Shown one piece after another: positions 1 through 12,314 of a stretch of DNA of 64,000 nucleotides (the stretch's first letter is position 1; every line of letters begins with the position of its first letter). This DNA is from Flectonema sp. DT1601 (lineage: Eukaryota). The DNA is taken from contig OZ025793.1 in assembly GCA_964019425.1 (NCBI GenBank), positions 496,001 to 560,000 on the forward strand. The letters run 5' to 3'. The position numbers were made by a program, and so were the translations under genes. Below the pieces are notes generated by a model that did no database searches, was not told the origin of the DNA, and was given only the letters and a program-made list of their open reading frames with translations.

Positions 1-534
1 GCAGAAGGCAACCGTACCTTCAACGGAAGACAAGAAATATGTGAATTCTATAACAAAGTTCTATCCACAGTGTGGGGGCTGCAATCAATGGTTTCCTGGA
101 CACCAGAATGTGTCGTTGCTGGTTCTGAAAAGGGGCAGGTACAAGCAATCATGAGACAAGTTGTTGTTCAACCCGGAGACCAGGAGACAATAAAACGAAA
201 GAGTTATGACTTTAATGTTAACAATGAAGGTAAGTTAACGTTTTTATGCTGTAAAATTTTAAATGTAGTTTCTGCAACGTTTCAACCTGCTAGTGCACCA
301 GTTTTTGAACGTCCTTGTTGTCACAATGATTGGGATAGTATTCGTGTTAAGCGTAAACTTTGCCAACTCCGATGCAGGGTTTGTCTCTCTCAATGGAAGC
401 TCCGCTCAGAGAATGTTCACCGATGCCCAGTTTTTGTTGAGCCTGGATGCAACGATCTCCAATGTGAACTTCTGCATATAAATAAAAAGAAACTTCGAGT
501 AGCGATGCAATATGATCAGTCGTCTGAAACTTAA
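1..534 (+). CDS. 5'-truncated NTF2/SnoaL-like + C-terminal Cys/His zinc-finger protein (paralog of 1164..1835)
   Basis: Frame 1 is open from base 1 (AEGNRTFNGRQEICEFYNKVLSTVWGLQS...) and aligns with the next gene. Shared C-terminal motif PCCHNDWDSIRVKR.LCQLRCR.CLSQWKL...RCPVFVEPGC....C.LLHIN. Confidence 0.85.
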   Translation, partial: AEGNRTFNGRQEICEFYNKVLSTVWGLQSMVSWTPECVVAGSEKGQVQAIMRQVVVQPGDQETIKRKSYDFNVNNEGKLTFLCCKILNVVSATFQPASAPVFERPCCHNDWDSIRVKRKLCQLRCRVCLSQWKLRSENVHRCPVFVEPGCNDLQCELLHINKKKLRVAMQYDQSSET

Positions 535-1163
535 ATTCAAGTATCTGTGATCAGTGGCTCTTGATGTTGCTCATTCCTGTTGGTTGGGTATTTCGTGTAT
601 TTATTACTTGTCCTTTTTTTTTATTCTTCTCACCAAATAAGGGACACCTACCTTGAAAAGATGCCAACTCTCAGTTGAATTCGGAGAAATCCTGTCCCGA
701 AAAAAAACATCTATTTTTTGTATGCAATGCTAATCTTTATTCTTTTATTGTTATTTATTGATTGTGTTGCTCAAGTATTCCAGCACAAAGCAAACTCTCA
801 GGGGGCTTTGTTGCTCTTTTTTTTTTCTTCTTCTTTTCTTATTTATTTTATTATAAATGGTCTCTGGATGGCGGTGGTTAGTTGCGATTTAGTCGTAACG
901 TGTTTTCTTTTTTTTTCTTTTTTCTTTAGACGTGTCCCTCTCGCAAAGGGTGCAATCCGATGATTTTATTCATGTGATTAGTACGCTCGCTCTCATCTAT
1001 GTTCGGCCCCTTCCGTTTTTCTTACAATAATGGTACACAAAAGGAGAGAGTGAACATTCACTGTCTGGGAAGAATTAATTTTTATGTATGACAAAAAAAA
1101 AAAAAAAAAAAAAAGTAGTTTAAATTCTTATATTCTTTCAGGGTATTATCTGCCATTACAGCC

Positions 1164-1835
1164 ATGGATTCCTCTCAGTCTTCGTTCTCGACTCTCTCAA
1201 CCGCAGTTGATGAGAGCATAACAACCGTTCAGCATATCCTCCAAGAGATGTTCAAGGCTATGCATGAAGGAACTTTTGCTAAATGGGCAGAAGACTACCT
1301 GACTGAAGATATCTTACTCGGTCAAGGAGGAGAGCAATCGAGAGGTCAATTAAAAGTGTGTGAGATGTACAACAAAGTACTCTTGACAGTCTGGGGGCTG
1401 CAGTCTAGAGTAACATGGTTACCAGAGAGCTTTAATGTTATTGGTACTAATAAGAATCGAGTTGATGCAGTTATGAAGCAAGTTGTTCAGCAACCGGGTG
1501 ATCGCGAAACTGTTAAGAGAAAGAAGTTTGAATTTGAGCTCAACGAGTGCGGGAAGCTATCAGTTCTGAATTGTATACTTTTGGATGTGATCTCAGCATC
1601 TGATCAATCAGCAAAACCTCCAGTCTTTAAACGTCCTTGTTGTCATAATGATTGGGATAGCATTCGAGTAAAGAGAAATCTGTGTCAGCTTCGCTGCAGA
1701 ATCTGTCTTTCTCAATGGAAGCTTCGCCCAGAAGATATCAATCGCTGTCCAGTCTTTGTTGAACCAGGATGTAAGAACTCTGAATGCGCTTTACTTCACA
1801 TCAACAGAAAGAAGCTTCGACTAGCGATGGTGTAA
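1164..1835 (+). CDS. NTF2/SnoaL-like domain + Cys/His zinc-finger protein, 223 aa
   Basis: Intact ORF after a pyrimidine-rich AG (ttctttcag, about 1141). 'WAEDYLTEDILL..G....RG...V..MY' resembles SnoaL-like folds. C-terminal C/H cluster. Tandem paralog upstream. Confidence 0.8.
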   Translation: MDSSQSSFSTLSTAVDESITTVQHILQEMFKAMHEGTFAKWAEDYLTEDILLGQGGEQSRGQLKVCEMYNKVLLTVWGLQSRVTWLPESFNVIGTNKNRVDAVMKQVVQQPGDRETVKRKKFEFELNECGKLSVLNCILLDVISASDQSAKPPVFKRPCCHNDWDSIRVKRNLCQLRCRICLSQWKLRPEDINRCPVFVEPGCKNSECALLHINRKKLRLAMV

Positions 1836-4800
1836 ACAATTTCTGCTTATCATTACTTACGAAAGTCAAGTTTACCTTATTCTTCATTACTTTCTTACTA
1901 AAACGAGGATTCAATTAATTGCTTTTTGTTGAAAGATGACCGCATGATTGGATATTTTGTTGCCCCCTCGTCACAAGCCGCGTCGGCGCGACTGATCCTG
2001 CTGAAATAAGTCTTTCGCAATCGGTCAAGGCCTGATTTTTGTCGAACCTGTAGGGAAGTGGTGTAAACAGTCGACCGTGGCAGACTTATTGTGCACGAAT
2101 TCGATACTACCCCTTCACTACTTTGATACTAACCCATCCCTACCTCGATACTAGCTCTTCAAATCACCATTTGGGTGTTAAATCCTCTCACACAGACCTG
2201 AAAAGTATAGGCACCTATCAGAATTCACAAATGAGAAGGATTGTGATAAGGAAGGGGAAACACGAAAAATGATAATGCTGGGGTTGCTGTTCCTCTTCCT
2301 CTCTTTTCTCTCACTGAATGTAAAACTGAAAGTCCTACTCTCTTGTTAGTTGCCTACCAATTGCAATGATTTCTCAATATATATATTTTTTGCATTTTAC
2401 AAGTATTGTAAGAACGAAAAAGAATGTTGGCAGCACACGTAAACCTCCTTAGCTTTATCAGTTTGAGTCGGTTTACGGTTTCGTGCACAAAACAATTTTT
2501 TTTTAAATCTAGCTTCTTATTGAATTTTTTTTGTTAAAAAAATGAAAAAAATAAAAATAAAAAAATAAAAAAATAAATAAAACAGCATGGAACATTTCGA
2601 CCACGCGGCTTTGTCGTGCTTTACATTGTTCGTACGTATCTTAGTGGTATTTCCCCCCTCTCTCTCATTAGTCAACAGTATCATGCATTACTGACTAACT
2701 TTGATACAATACAAATATTTATGCATTGTAGGTATGTTTAAACTATTATTCCCATTCCTTCGATTTTGCAATTCTTGCGGGAGAATTCCCCTCGACTTTC
2801 TTTTATCGTGTTAATATAACTGCATAAGGGGGAACTACATAAATATTGGTGTCGGAAAAAAAAAAAAAAAAAAAAAAACTTTAAAAAAAAAATTTCATCC
2901 TCGGCACGATTATATTTTTACTACACCCCCATTGTAGTTTTCCCAAACATGTTATTTTGTTGTATAGCTGGCTTCCAATGTCTCTGGTACGGCGCAGGTT
3001 ATGCCCAAACTGACTGTCATCTTCCCTGATCCTTTTTGTTTTCATTTCTTGCTGAGTGATACGGCTATGTGCTGCCCAATTCTTGTGGTACTTTTATAAA
3101 GCTTTTGGTAAGCCCACAGTACAATTATAATGCTTTGGACAACTGGGAGTGAACGATCCTCGGTACTGTGGGGCTACTTAGACTCCTTGTAGTCATCAGT
3201 TCTGTATTTTGCTAACTTGCCAACTAACTAGTAAAAAATAATACAGCTAGTAAAAGTTGTTATTTTGCGATGATGTTGTCTATTTCTTCGATTCCTCTCT
3301 ATCGTTCTCTCACTTTCCTCTTTGTTCAAAGATAAAATCACTCATACAGCAAAATGAAAAGAAAGGAAATAACAGGAAAAAAAAACAAAAAAAAAAGAAA
3401 AACAAATATCGTTAAGATGTTAAGAATATTCTTCTTCTGTTGTTCAGTTTATTTTTTTTCCCCCTTTGAATTTCTTTAATTGCATAGATATGATTTCTTG
3501 TTGGGGAGATTTGTTGTTGCGCCCCGCAAGTTTGCCCAATACTACGGTCTTTGGTGAAATCTTGAACCGTAGTATCGGCATATTTCTATTTGTAGGTTGT
3601 AGAAACCACACCGAGTTCAGAGCTGCCGCGTCCTACGCGGCAAAGGTGATCCTATCACTTCTGACCACCACCCACTAGCTACATATCATTTTCTAACATA
3701 TAATTTTTTTCTTCTTTCTTTTCGAAATCCGCTTTCATGCGGAATAGTTTTATTGGACTCTCTTCTGCGCTGTTTTAATTCCTTCCAACAAAAAAAAAAA
3801 AAAAAAAAAAACTCTAAATATTCATTTATTTTGAAACAGATAATTGATACACCTCTCACCCATCCTTTCGTATCGTATCAAATCCCCTCGATCAATCTTA
3901 GTCATTAGTGCTAAATTATCTTTATATTTTTTGTGATACAACACAGTTGTAATTTTTTACAAAAAAGGAACATACAATTCTCCACGATCTATTTATCGCT
4001 TGCTACCCCCGATCATAAGAATCATTTTGCCCCGCGAGCTTAAGAATCATTTTATTTTCCGAACTTGCAGTATCAAATTACCCCTTCCTTGATTATTTAT
4101 CCAAGTCCCCTTTCAAGATAATAAAGCCATACGTATATAAAAACTGTTTTTCTTGAATTCCCAAAGTCGGACAAGACTTTTGAGATTGTGTTTTGGTGTT
4201 GTTAAATCTTTTTTATGTTATATTTTTTGATTTCAGTCCTCGTCGCATACAGAAAGCTTTTGCTATTTTTTTTTTTTCTAGTAAAAGTAAAAGCGCTGTT
4301 AAGCCTTTTTTTTTTTGTTTTTTGTTTTTTTTTTTTTCAAAATTTCTTTAGCATCTGAAATACATCCTCAGACCGGACACCAATCTCTGAGACATGGCTT
4401 TGCCATTGTCTAAGGGAAACACTGTTGATGTCCTTCTGGTAATCAGGGCAGTGGTTAGTGGTTGCTTGATCGTTTGCACTCGTTCAAGACTCCGGCTGAA
4501 ATTGGATTCAGACAAGAAATATAATTTGCATACGACTATGAAAAAATTAATTAAAAAAAGCAATTTTCTTTTTTCAATCTTGTTTGTGGGTGTGTTCACG
4601 CCGGGGTGTCTGATTTGAGACTGGCAATGCCCATCCCTGAGTGATACTGTTTTTATCCCCCCTTCACAAGAATAATACATGTTTGATGATCTTAGCAGCG
4701 GGCTTCCTAGATTATGCTTGCTGTACTAATCACACATATTTTTTAAATGCCAACATTTATTTCTACGAGGAAGTCTGAAACACGACTCATTCTTTGAGCA

Positions 4801-6900
4801 CATGTGAAGGATACCCGTAGAGTCCTTTTCCCCTGGGGAAAAAAAAAAGAAAAAAAAAAAAAAAAAGAAAATAAGTTATCACCCGTCAGGCTCTTCGTCA
4901 GATCTGTAAAAAAAAAAAAAAAAAAAAAAAGAAATTGAGATTTTTTGGGGAGAAATACCCTCCTCAAGTCACTGAATCTCCTGACGCTGAAAAATGATTC
5001 GGTAGTACAACTATTAAATCGAGCTGACAACCCCAAAACTGTCGGTGAGAGGGAACAGTGAAATCATTTTAATCACTCTACATCTACTAAACGAATTCAA
5101 CAAAAAAAAAAAGAAAATGAATCGTGTGTATGTTCTTTTTTTTTTTTTTTTTTTTTTGTTGTCATTTTTTGTTGCAATTTTAAGATAATAGCGAATTTTT
5201 TTTTTTCAATGTGAGAACCTATAGACTTACGAAAATCCTTTTTAAATTGCGATAATAGCTTAAAGAAAAAAAAATGATAAAAAAAAAAAAAACTTTTTTA
5301 AAAAAAAAAAAAAAACTTTTAATGAGGTCAGATAACTAATTAAAAAAAATTTATGTAATCCAAAAAGCAACAAGGATTGTTACATTTTCGCTCACAGGCA
5401 AACTTACTATAATGATGCCCCGAGCAGTTCGAGAGTTTCCGTAAAGGACGACACCTGCACTTTCAATTGCTTGCATTGGAAATTTTTTAAAAAAAAAAGA
5501 AAAAATTATTCACTTGTTTTTTTGACCATCCTTTTCGAGTGTATGTTGTGTGATTCATGTGAATCTAATTGAAATAAATTAAGGAAGTAAACCTTTTTTT
5601 CACGGAAAAAAAGCATGCAGACTGAATGGCCTGTCTAGGCTGCAGAAAGCCTTCTTTGATTTCTTCCTCTTAACAGTAATAATGTAACGACCCCAGTATG
5701 GGGTTTTTTTTTTTGTACTTTTCCCTCTGTCGTCAATCTTGGTTGGTATCAGTCGGAACTTTTCGGTCAAATAATTTTTTCCATTTCGTCTTTGCCAACT
5801 CAGAGAACCTGATGCAAGGTTGATAAGTTGTCAAGTTTTCTTTAAGTCAGATTTTATTTTTCTATCTTTTTCGTGCTCTCTTCCATTTCTTCATTTTTTT
5901 TAAAATAGATGCTAGTAGCTCATTGACAGAGTGCAAGCATTAATAATTATTATTCTCGACATTTCCGAGCAGAACAATATCCTTACAGAGACTACACTGA
6001 TAATGAGGAAAAATCCTTTTGGTACATTCAGTTTTTCGCATTTGTTTTACTATTTAAATTCTCCTCGTCAACTTGAAATGCTCTATCGACATTTCAGGTT
6101 GCCCAGGGGAAAACAAAAAGGAACAATGCAAAAAAAAAAAAAAAAAAAAAAAAAAGTAGTAGTTATTTTTTATTTATTTATTTTTTTTTTATATAAAAAT
6201 ATCTTTTTAATTATCTCTCTCCCGGTGAAATAGTGCCGCTCTCTTAATTGCCTAATTAGTTGGCACTTACTTATTATCTTTGTCATGTTTTAAAAAAATA
6301 TATTTTTCCTGATTCACGGAACACCATTGGAGGTGTTTTCTTTTCTTTTTTTCTTCTTTTCTATCTCTACATCCTGAATATGTGTAAGTGGGAAAAAAAA
6401 TAGTTTGGTTGTCTATGTCGCAAATTTTTTCGAAACAAACTTCCTTGGTGTTTGGATTCCTATACCACTATAAACAATTATCTTCTAGCTTTTATTTCCT
6501 TCCTGCTGTTGTTATTTATCAGACTGAGCGAGTGACCTCTGTGATGATTTCCGAGCAATTTAATTTGCTTTACCACTTTATTTTTTTTATGTTTTATATA
6601 TATTTTTTTTTTTCCTCCTTTTTTTCTTCCAACCCATTGCTCTTCCCACTTCCCTCGTCTTATTCGCGAAAAAAAAAAAAAAAAAAAATTGTGTGAAATA
6701 ATTTAATTTCAACAATTCCATATTGTTCCTTATTGTCAGAGTAGTAATACACATGTTTGTCAATCTGAAGTCGGTCACGATGTTTAGCTGCTCGTGTTGG
6801 TTAGTTGAATTGGATTTTTTTTTTTTTTTTTTATTTATTTAATCTCTTCTTTGTCACACAGATACTCTCACAACTTTTTAAAAAAAAAAAAAAAAATAAA

Positions 6901-8130
6901 ATGAAATTCAGCATTCTTAGCACCCTCATTGGTACTGCAGTAGCATACAATAATGGAGCTCCTCACTCTCGACTACCACCACTCGGATGGAGTAGTTGGG
7001 TTGCTTTAGGACCTGGTACGCAGCATCCTATCTTTGACTACTGTAGTGAAACAAGTGTTAAGAACGCTATTGACTCATACATGGCTGTTGGATTATATGC
7101 AAGTGGGTACAGGCATTTCCATCTTGACGACTGCTGGGCTCACACAAGAAACGCAACCGGCTACCTGACCCCAGAACCAGATCACTTCCCTAATGGAATG
7201 AAACCAGTTGTTGACTACGCTCATTCAAAGAACTTAGTCTTCGGATTATACACATGCGCTGGTACTCAAACTTGTGTTGGAGGACGTCCTGGATCAAAGG
7301 ACCATTGGCAGCAAGATGCTGATGTGTTTGCTGAATGGGGCGTTGATTGGGTTAAGATGGACTGGTGTTTCACTGACGGTATGGATCCTGTTAGTACTTA
7401 CCCAAAGATGTCTGCTGCCTTGAACAAGACTGGGCGTGCTATTCACTTTAACATGTGTGAGTGGGGAAACGAAGACCCATGGAAATGGGGACCAAAGGTT
7501 GCTCAGTCATGGAGAATGGCTCACGATCACGTTGGTACCTGGTCATCAACAAAGAGTGTAGTTTCTTTATCTGCTGCTATCCCATCAGAATACACAGGAA
7601 CTCCATACTCCTGGAATGACATGGACATGCTTGAGACTGGCAACTACAAGCAGGCAGCTCACGCTAACGGAAAGGAATCCAACATGACTTCCATCGAGTA
7701 CAAAACTGAATTCTCCATGTGGGCTATTAGCGCTTCTCCTTTAGTTGTTACAACTCCTATTATGAACTGCTCATCAGGAACATGTGTTCCGGGTATTACC
7801 GACTTGCAGAAGGAAATCTTACTGAATACTGAAGTAATTGCCATCAACCAAGATATCACTCCTCAAGGAAGACCAGTTTTACAAGGAAACAGCACCACTG
7901 CGGCTGTGTGGACTCGTTCCCTCAGTGATGGATCGATGGCAGTTGCGCTTTACAATGAGAATGACAACGCAGCAAACGGGTTCTTTGCCTTCAGTCAGAT
8001 TAAGTTTGAAGGTCCTGCCGCAGTTCGTGACCTTTGGTTGAAGAAGGACATGGGTGTGTTTCAATCTGCTTATGGACCTGTTTCTGTACCAGCTCACGGA
8101 ACAGTTGTACTTAGGCTCCATAAGCAGTAA
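6901..8130 (+). CDS. Secreted glycoside hydrolase family 27 alpha-galactosidase / alpha-N-acetylgalactosaminidase
   Basis: Signal peptide MKFSILSTLIGTAVA, GH27 motifs PPLGWSSW, LDDCW, FGLY, WGVDWVKMDWC, WNDMDMLETGN, and C-terminal beta domain VRDLW...VPAHGTVVLRL. True ATG at 6901 after the AG at about 6861. Confidence 0.95.
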   Translation: MKFSILSTLIGTAVAYNNGAPHSRLPPLGWSSWVALGPGTQHPIFDYCSETSVKNAIDSYMAVGLYASGYRHFHLDDCWAHTRNATGYLTPEPDHFPNGMKPVVDYAHSKNLVFGLYTCAGTQTCVGGRPGSKDHWQQDADVFAEWGVDWVKMDWCFTDGMDPVSTYPKMSAALNKTGRAIHFNMCEWGNEDPWKWGPKVAQSWRMAHDHVGTWSSTKSVVSLSAAIPSEYTGTPYSWNDMDMLETGNYKQAAHANGKESNMTSIEYKTEFSMWAISASPLVVTTPIMNCSSGTCVPGITDLQKEILLNTEVIAINQDITPQGRPVLQGNSTTAAVWTRSLSDGSMAVALYNENDNAANGFFAFSQIKFEGPAAVRDLWLKKDMGVFQSAYGPVSVPAHGTVVLRLHKQ

Positions 8131-8768
8131 GCAAAATACAATAGGTTAACAACCGAAAAACAACGTAAAAAAAAAAAAACAAGAAAAAAAAGCCTCACCA
8201 GAGGCCCAATGATGGGCTCAGTGAGCATGTTTTCATGAATTTATTTTCCTTCCTCTTTTTTTTTGCTTTTCAATTCCTGAGTGCTGCTATGTTTCGGACA
8301 AAAAGAAAAAAGTTCAAATACGGTGTTATAAAGGAAAAAAAAAAAAAAAAAAAATAACCTTTGGCTATACAGCCATGGGTACTTTTTCATTCCATAACAC
8401 GCACTTCCTCATCTCCCTCTCCCACTGCGTTTTTTTGGAACCAAAAAAAAAAAAAAAAAGGGCAGCAAATGTAGACCCTACGTTCTTGTTTCTGCCTGGA
8501 GACCCTCCGAGCTCCATCCTTCAATGTTCCATGATAATCAGCATGATATTATCTCTTTACGGTTGTGCCTAAGGACTGACTTGATCCATGTTGATCACTG
8601 CATATTGTGGGTTCGCATTACCTGCGACACTTCAGATTATTGTTCTCAAGTTACTCGTTTGACGACAGGACTGCATATATAATGTAACGACGTAGGGTAG
8701 ATATCAATTTTGAGACAGAGATAGATTAATTAATTTAAAATATTAGATACAAACAAATAGTAAAAACT

Positions 8769-11700
8769 ATGTCGGGGTTACTTCGCGCCCTTCGTGGGAG
8801 CGCACGTCGTGGGCCACAGCTGTCAGGAATGAGACGCTCTGGTTTGAGACCTGTTCAGAAGATGGTACCTTTGGGAAGGCAAGTGAGATTCCAATCAGGA
8901 AGTACACAGATGCAATTTGAAGGTGGATTGAGAGGAGTCGTCGGAACACTAGCGCTTGTTGAGAAGAATGCTGTCTACGTTGAGGCTTGGGTACCACATG
9001 GAGATGGACTCAGATGTGGAGATGCCTGGGCTGCATCAAACGCTGAACAGTTTGCTGGCGTTCGTAAGATTCATGAAGAAGCAGAAACAGACACTGGAAT
9101 CATGATGACCGCATTCAGATCTGGTGAAGCTGAATGGACATCTGACATCCAAGCTGCCGACATCCCCGGATTCAGCTCCAAACCAGAAGGTTCATTTGCT
9201 TGTGCTGCCCTTCCAATTGTTAACAATGATGTTGTTGTTTCTGTCTTTCTACTTCTCTACAACACTGAAAACACACCTCCATTAGATCAATTAAAGAGAC
9301 TCAGAGGTGACGTAACTGTGGCTGTCGGTCACATTCTGACTGGCGCTGTCAGCAGCGTTGACCAGGTCTTTGGAAAGGGAGAAGACGTCATTTTTGAACA
9401 GCAGAAGATGAAAGTTATTGAGCTTCTCGAGAATGAAGGAGTGTACTCTCATGCGACTATTGAAGAAGAAGTTTCGTCGTTTTACAACCTTGGTATCTCA
9501 CCATTGTACTTCGCACAGAACAACCCGGCGGGTATTGCTACTCATTTGTCTTCTTTTATTGGAGCAAAGCGTGCAGCTCTACACACTCTTACTGAGCACT
9601 CTGATGATTCTGATGCAGACTTCTCAGCTATGTCATTTCAGTTTATCGGTAAGAAGGAAGCAACATTCTTCTGCCTTGACGACCCAGCTGAAAGAGAAGA
9701 AATGCTCTCAAAGGCTAACCAGTATGTAAACGTTACTGAGACTGGAATGACAACGTCGCTTACGTTGTACAGATCTGCTGATCCACTTGTGTTTGGAAAA
9801 AGTTTGATTATGTGCACTGCTACAAGATCGAGATTCTTAAATCCGGATGTTGACAATGATCAAGAGCCAGATATCTGGGAGGTATCATCTGCACAGTTCT
9901 TACGTACCAAGTCAAAGAGTACCAGACTTAGATACGAGTCAATCTTGAAGAAGGCACACGGACACCTCTCTCCGGTGACTGTTCTTCGTGACCGTAGCCC
10001 AGGTCAGGTTATGATGCTTGCATTCCCTACAGGAGCTCCTGAGAATGGTCTGGCTCATTTATTCGGAATCTTAGACTACCTGAAGCTCAGATGCACTCAG
10101 CTATTTGGTGAAACCTTCGCCAACGGAACTGTCACCTACAACGTCTACTTGGAACCAACGAACCCAAATGAGCAAAATGAAGTGATTCAGAGAAACCTTG
10201 TCTCTCTGTCTAGAAGAATGACAACATTGGCTGCTCTTCCAGTTTCTGCTATTTTAAACAAGAACAAAACCTTGGGACCAAGAGCAAAGCTGTACTTGGG
10301 ATGTGCTCAGGTCTTCACGTACCATTTCATGCCGCACAGAAGTGAGGACTTCCACGCCCTCAGAGAGCATCTAACCAAACAAGATGCAACAGTTGCTACT
10401 GACAGATTGGACAGATTAGGACGTCACATGCACAAGAATGCTGTCAACTTACACAGATTTAATAGAACAGTTGATCGTTACCCTGAATTAGCCTGGGAAA
10501 TTTACGAGGACTTTATGCGCCCTAGAAAGCCTGGCTCAGCCGAAGGAACTGCAGAAGGTGACAATGCTGAATTAGTAAACTCTATCAGACAAACTGTTGA
10601 GGATCCAGTTGATCAGGAGATTCTAATGAACTGTCTCCTCTTCAATAAGAGTATTTTGAAAACTAACTTCTTCGTTAGAGAGAAAGCTGCTACTTCATTC
10701 CGTCTAAGACCAGAACTTTTCATTGGAGAGGAGTTCCCAGAAGTCCCACACGCAATCTTTATGGTTGTCGGTGCTAACTTTGAAGGTTTCCACGTCAGAT
10801 TCAGAGACATCTCTCGTGGAGGTATCAGAATGATTAAATCACCTAATCAGGCTTACTTTAAGAATCAACAATCTCTATTCGAAGAAAACTACAACCTCGC
10901 ATACACCCAACAACTCAAGAATAAGGACATTCCAGAAGGAGGTTCAAAGGGTACTATTCTCTTGAACCCAGGAAAAGCTCAAAAGCTACCTGACCAGTCT
11001 TTCAAGGCTTACATTGATTCTCTGCTTGATTTGATGCTTGAAAATAATGATGTAGTAGATTTGATGGGACGCAAGGAATTGTTGTTCTTTGGACCGGATG
11101 AGGGTACTGCTGGTGACGTTGTTGTCTGGGCAGCAGAACACGCGAGAAAGAGAGGATACCAATTCTGGAAGTCAATCACAACTGGAAAGCCTGCTACTAT
11201 GGGAGGAATTCCTCATGACAGATACGGAATGACTACAAGATCTGTTCATCAACAGGTGTTAGGTGTCTTAAAGAGTCAGGGGATTGATGAGAAGGATGTC
11301 ACAAAATTCCAAACCGGAGGACCAGATGGAGATTTGGGATCCAACGAAATTCTGATCTCATGCGACAAGACCTGCGCCATTGTTGACGGAAGTGGTGTCA
11401 TTTACGATCCTAACGCACTTGACAGGGATGAGTTGACAAGACTCGCTACAGAGCGTCTTACAGTCAACAGCTTCGATAAATCAAAACTATCAAAGGATGG
11501 ATACATGGTTCTCATTGAAGACAGAAAACTTGAACTTCCTTCGGGTGAAATTGTTGAATCTGGTTTAGCCTTTAGAAATGAGTACCACCTTCGTGAGGAG
11601 TTGACATGCGACTTGTTCGTTCCATGTGGTGGAAGACCAGACTCTGTTAACATTAACAATGTTGAGAGAATGTTCAAAGACGGAAAGCCACGTTTCAAGT

Positions 11701-12314
11701 ACATCGTTGAAGGAGCTAACTTATTCATTACCCCTGACGCAAGACGTGTTCTTGAGGATGCTGGTGTGATCTTAATGAAAGACGCAACATGTAACAAGGG
11801 AGGTGTTACTTCATCATCACTTGAAGTTCTTGCTGCTCTAGCTATGGATGAAGATCAGCACAATGACTTAGTTTGTGTTCGACCTGACGGAACAGTTCCA
11901 GAGTTCTACAAGAAGTACGTATCATCAGTTCAGAATATCATCGAAGAGAACGCTCGTATGGAATTCGAAGCCTGCTGGAGAGAACGTCAGACTGGAAACT
12001 ATAAATACATGACTGAGATCACTGACTTGTTATCAAAGAAGATTAATAATATTAACGACGTTCTTCGCTCTGGATCCGTATTGAAGGAGAACCCTCACCT
12101 TAAGAAGCTGATCTTAGAAAAGGCTCTTCCATCCCTCCTAATTGAGGAAGCAGGAATGGATCAGATTCTTGAACGTGTTCCTGAAAACTACCTTGACGCT
12201 ATCTGTGGAGCTTACTTTGCTTCCCAATATGTTTACAGATATGGTCTTTCTGGTTCAGAAGTTGAAATTCTTGACTTTATTCAGCATTTTGTCAAGTTTG
12301 AGGGAGCTCAGTAG
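8769..12314 (+). CDS. GDH2: Large NAD-dependent glutamate dehydrogenase (GDH2 type) with Arg-rich mitochondrial presequence and GAF-like N-terminal domain
   Basis: Motifs GFHVRFRDISRGGIR, KNKDIPEGGSKG, FFGPDEGTA, TGGPDGDLGSNE, VPCGGRP, IVEGANLF, NKGGVTSSS. N-terminus is Arg-rich and lacks acidic residues. Confidence 0.95.
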   Translation: MSGLLRALRGSARRGPQLSGMRRSGLRPVQKMVPLGRQVRFQSGSTQMQFEGGLRGVVGTLALVEKNAVYVEAWVPHGDGLRCGDAWAASNAEQFAGVRKIHEEAETDTGIMMTAFRSGEAEWTSDIQAADIPGFSSKPEGSFACAALPIVNNDVVVSVFLLLYNTENTPPLDQLKRLRGDVTVAVGHILTGAVSSVDQVFGKGEDVIFEQQKMKVIELLENEGVYSHATIEEEVSSFYNLGISPLYFAQNNPAGIATHLSSFIGAKRAALHTLTEHSDDSDADFSAMSFQFIGKKEATFFCLDDPAEREEMLSKANQYVNVTETGMTTSLTLYRSADPLVFGKSLIMCTATRSRFLNPDVDNDQEPDIWEVSSAQFLRTKSKSTRLRYESILKKAHGHLSPVTVLRDRSPGQVMMLAFPTGAPENGLAHLFGILDYLKLRCTQLFGETFANGTVTYNVYLEPTNPNEQNEVIQRNLVSLSRRMTTLAALPVSAILNKNKTLGPRAKLYLGCAQVFTYHFMPHRSEDFHALREHLTKQDATVATDRLDRLGRHMHKNAVNLHRFNRTVDRYPELAWEIYEDFMRPRKPGSAEGTAEGDNAELVNSIRQTVEDPVDQEILMNCLLFNKSILKTNFFVREKAATSFRLRPELFIGEEFPEVPHAIFMVVGANFEGFHVRFRDISRGGIRMIKSPNQAYFKNQQSLFEENYNLAYTQQLKNKDIPEGGSKGTILLNPGKAQKLPDQSFKAYIDSLLDLMLENNDVVDLMGRKELLFFGPDEGTAGDVVVWAAEHARKRGYQFWKSITTGKPATMGGIPHDRYGMTTRSVHQQVLGVLKSQGIDEKDVTKFQTGGPDGDLGSNEILISCDKTCAIVDGSGVIYDPNALDRDELTRLATERLTVNSFDKSKLSKDGYMVLIEDRKLELPSGEIVESGLAFRNEYHLREELTCDLFVPCGGRPDSVNINNVERMFKDGKPRFKYIVEGANLFITPDARRVLEDAGVILMKDATCNKGGVTSSSLEVLAALAMDEDQHNDLVCVRPDGTVPEFYKKYVSSVQNIIEENARMEFEACWRERQTGNYKYMTEITDLLSKKINNINDVLRSGSVLKENPHLKKLILEKALPSLLIEEAGMDQILERVPENYLDAICGAYFASQYVYRYGLSGSEVEILDFIQHFVKFEGAQ

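Noticed and set aside
1836..6800. Missed protein gene in the 5-kb gap (possible acceptor at about 3839; ORFs 4348-4680 and 4394-4618)
   Set aside because: No ORF with recognisable composition or homology
6805..6900. N-terminal extension of the GH27 ORF (likewise 28199-28237 for M1)
   Set aside because: Non-ATG start running through the splice-acceptor region; the signal peptide begins at the downstream ATG
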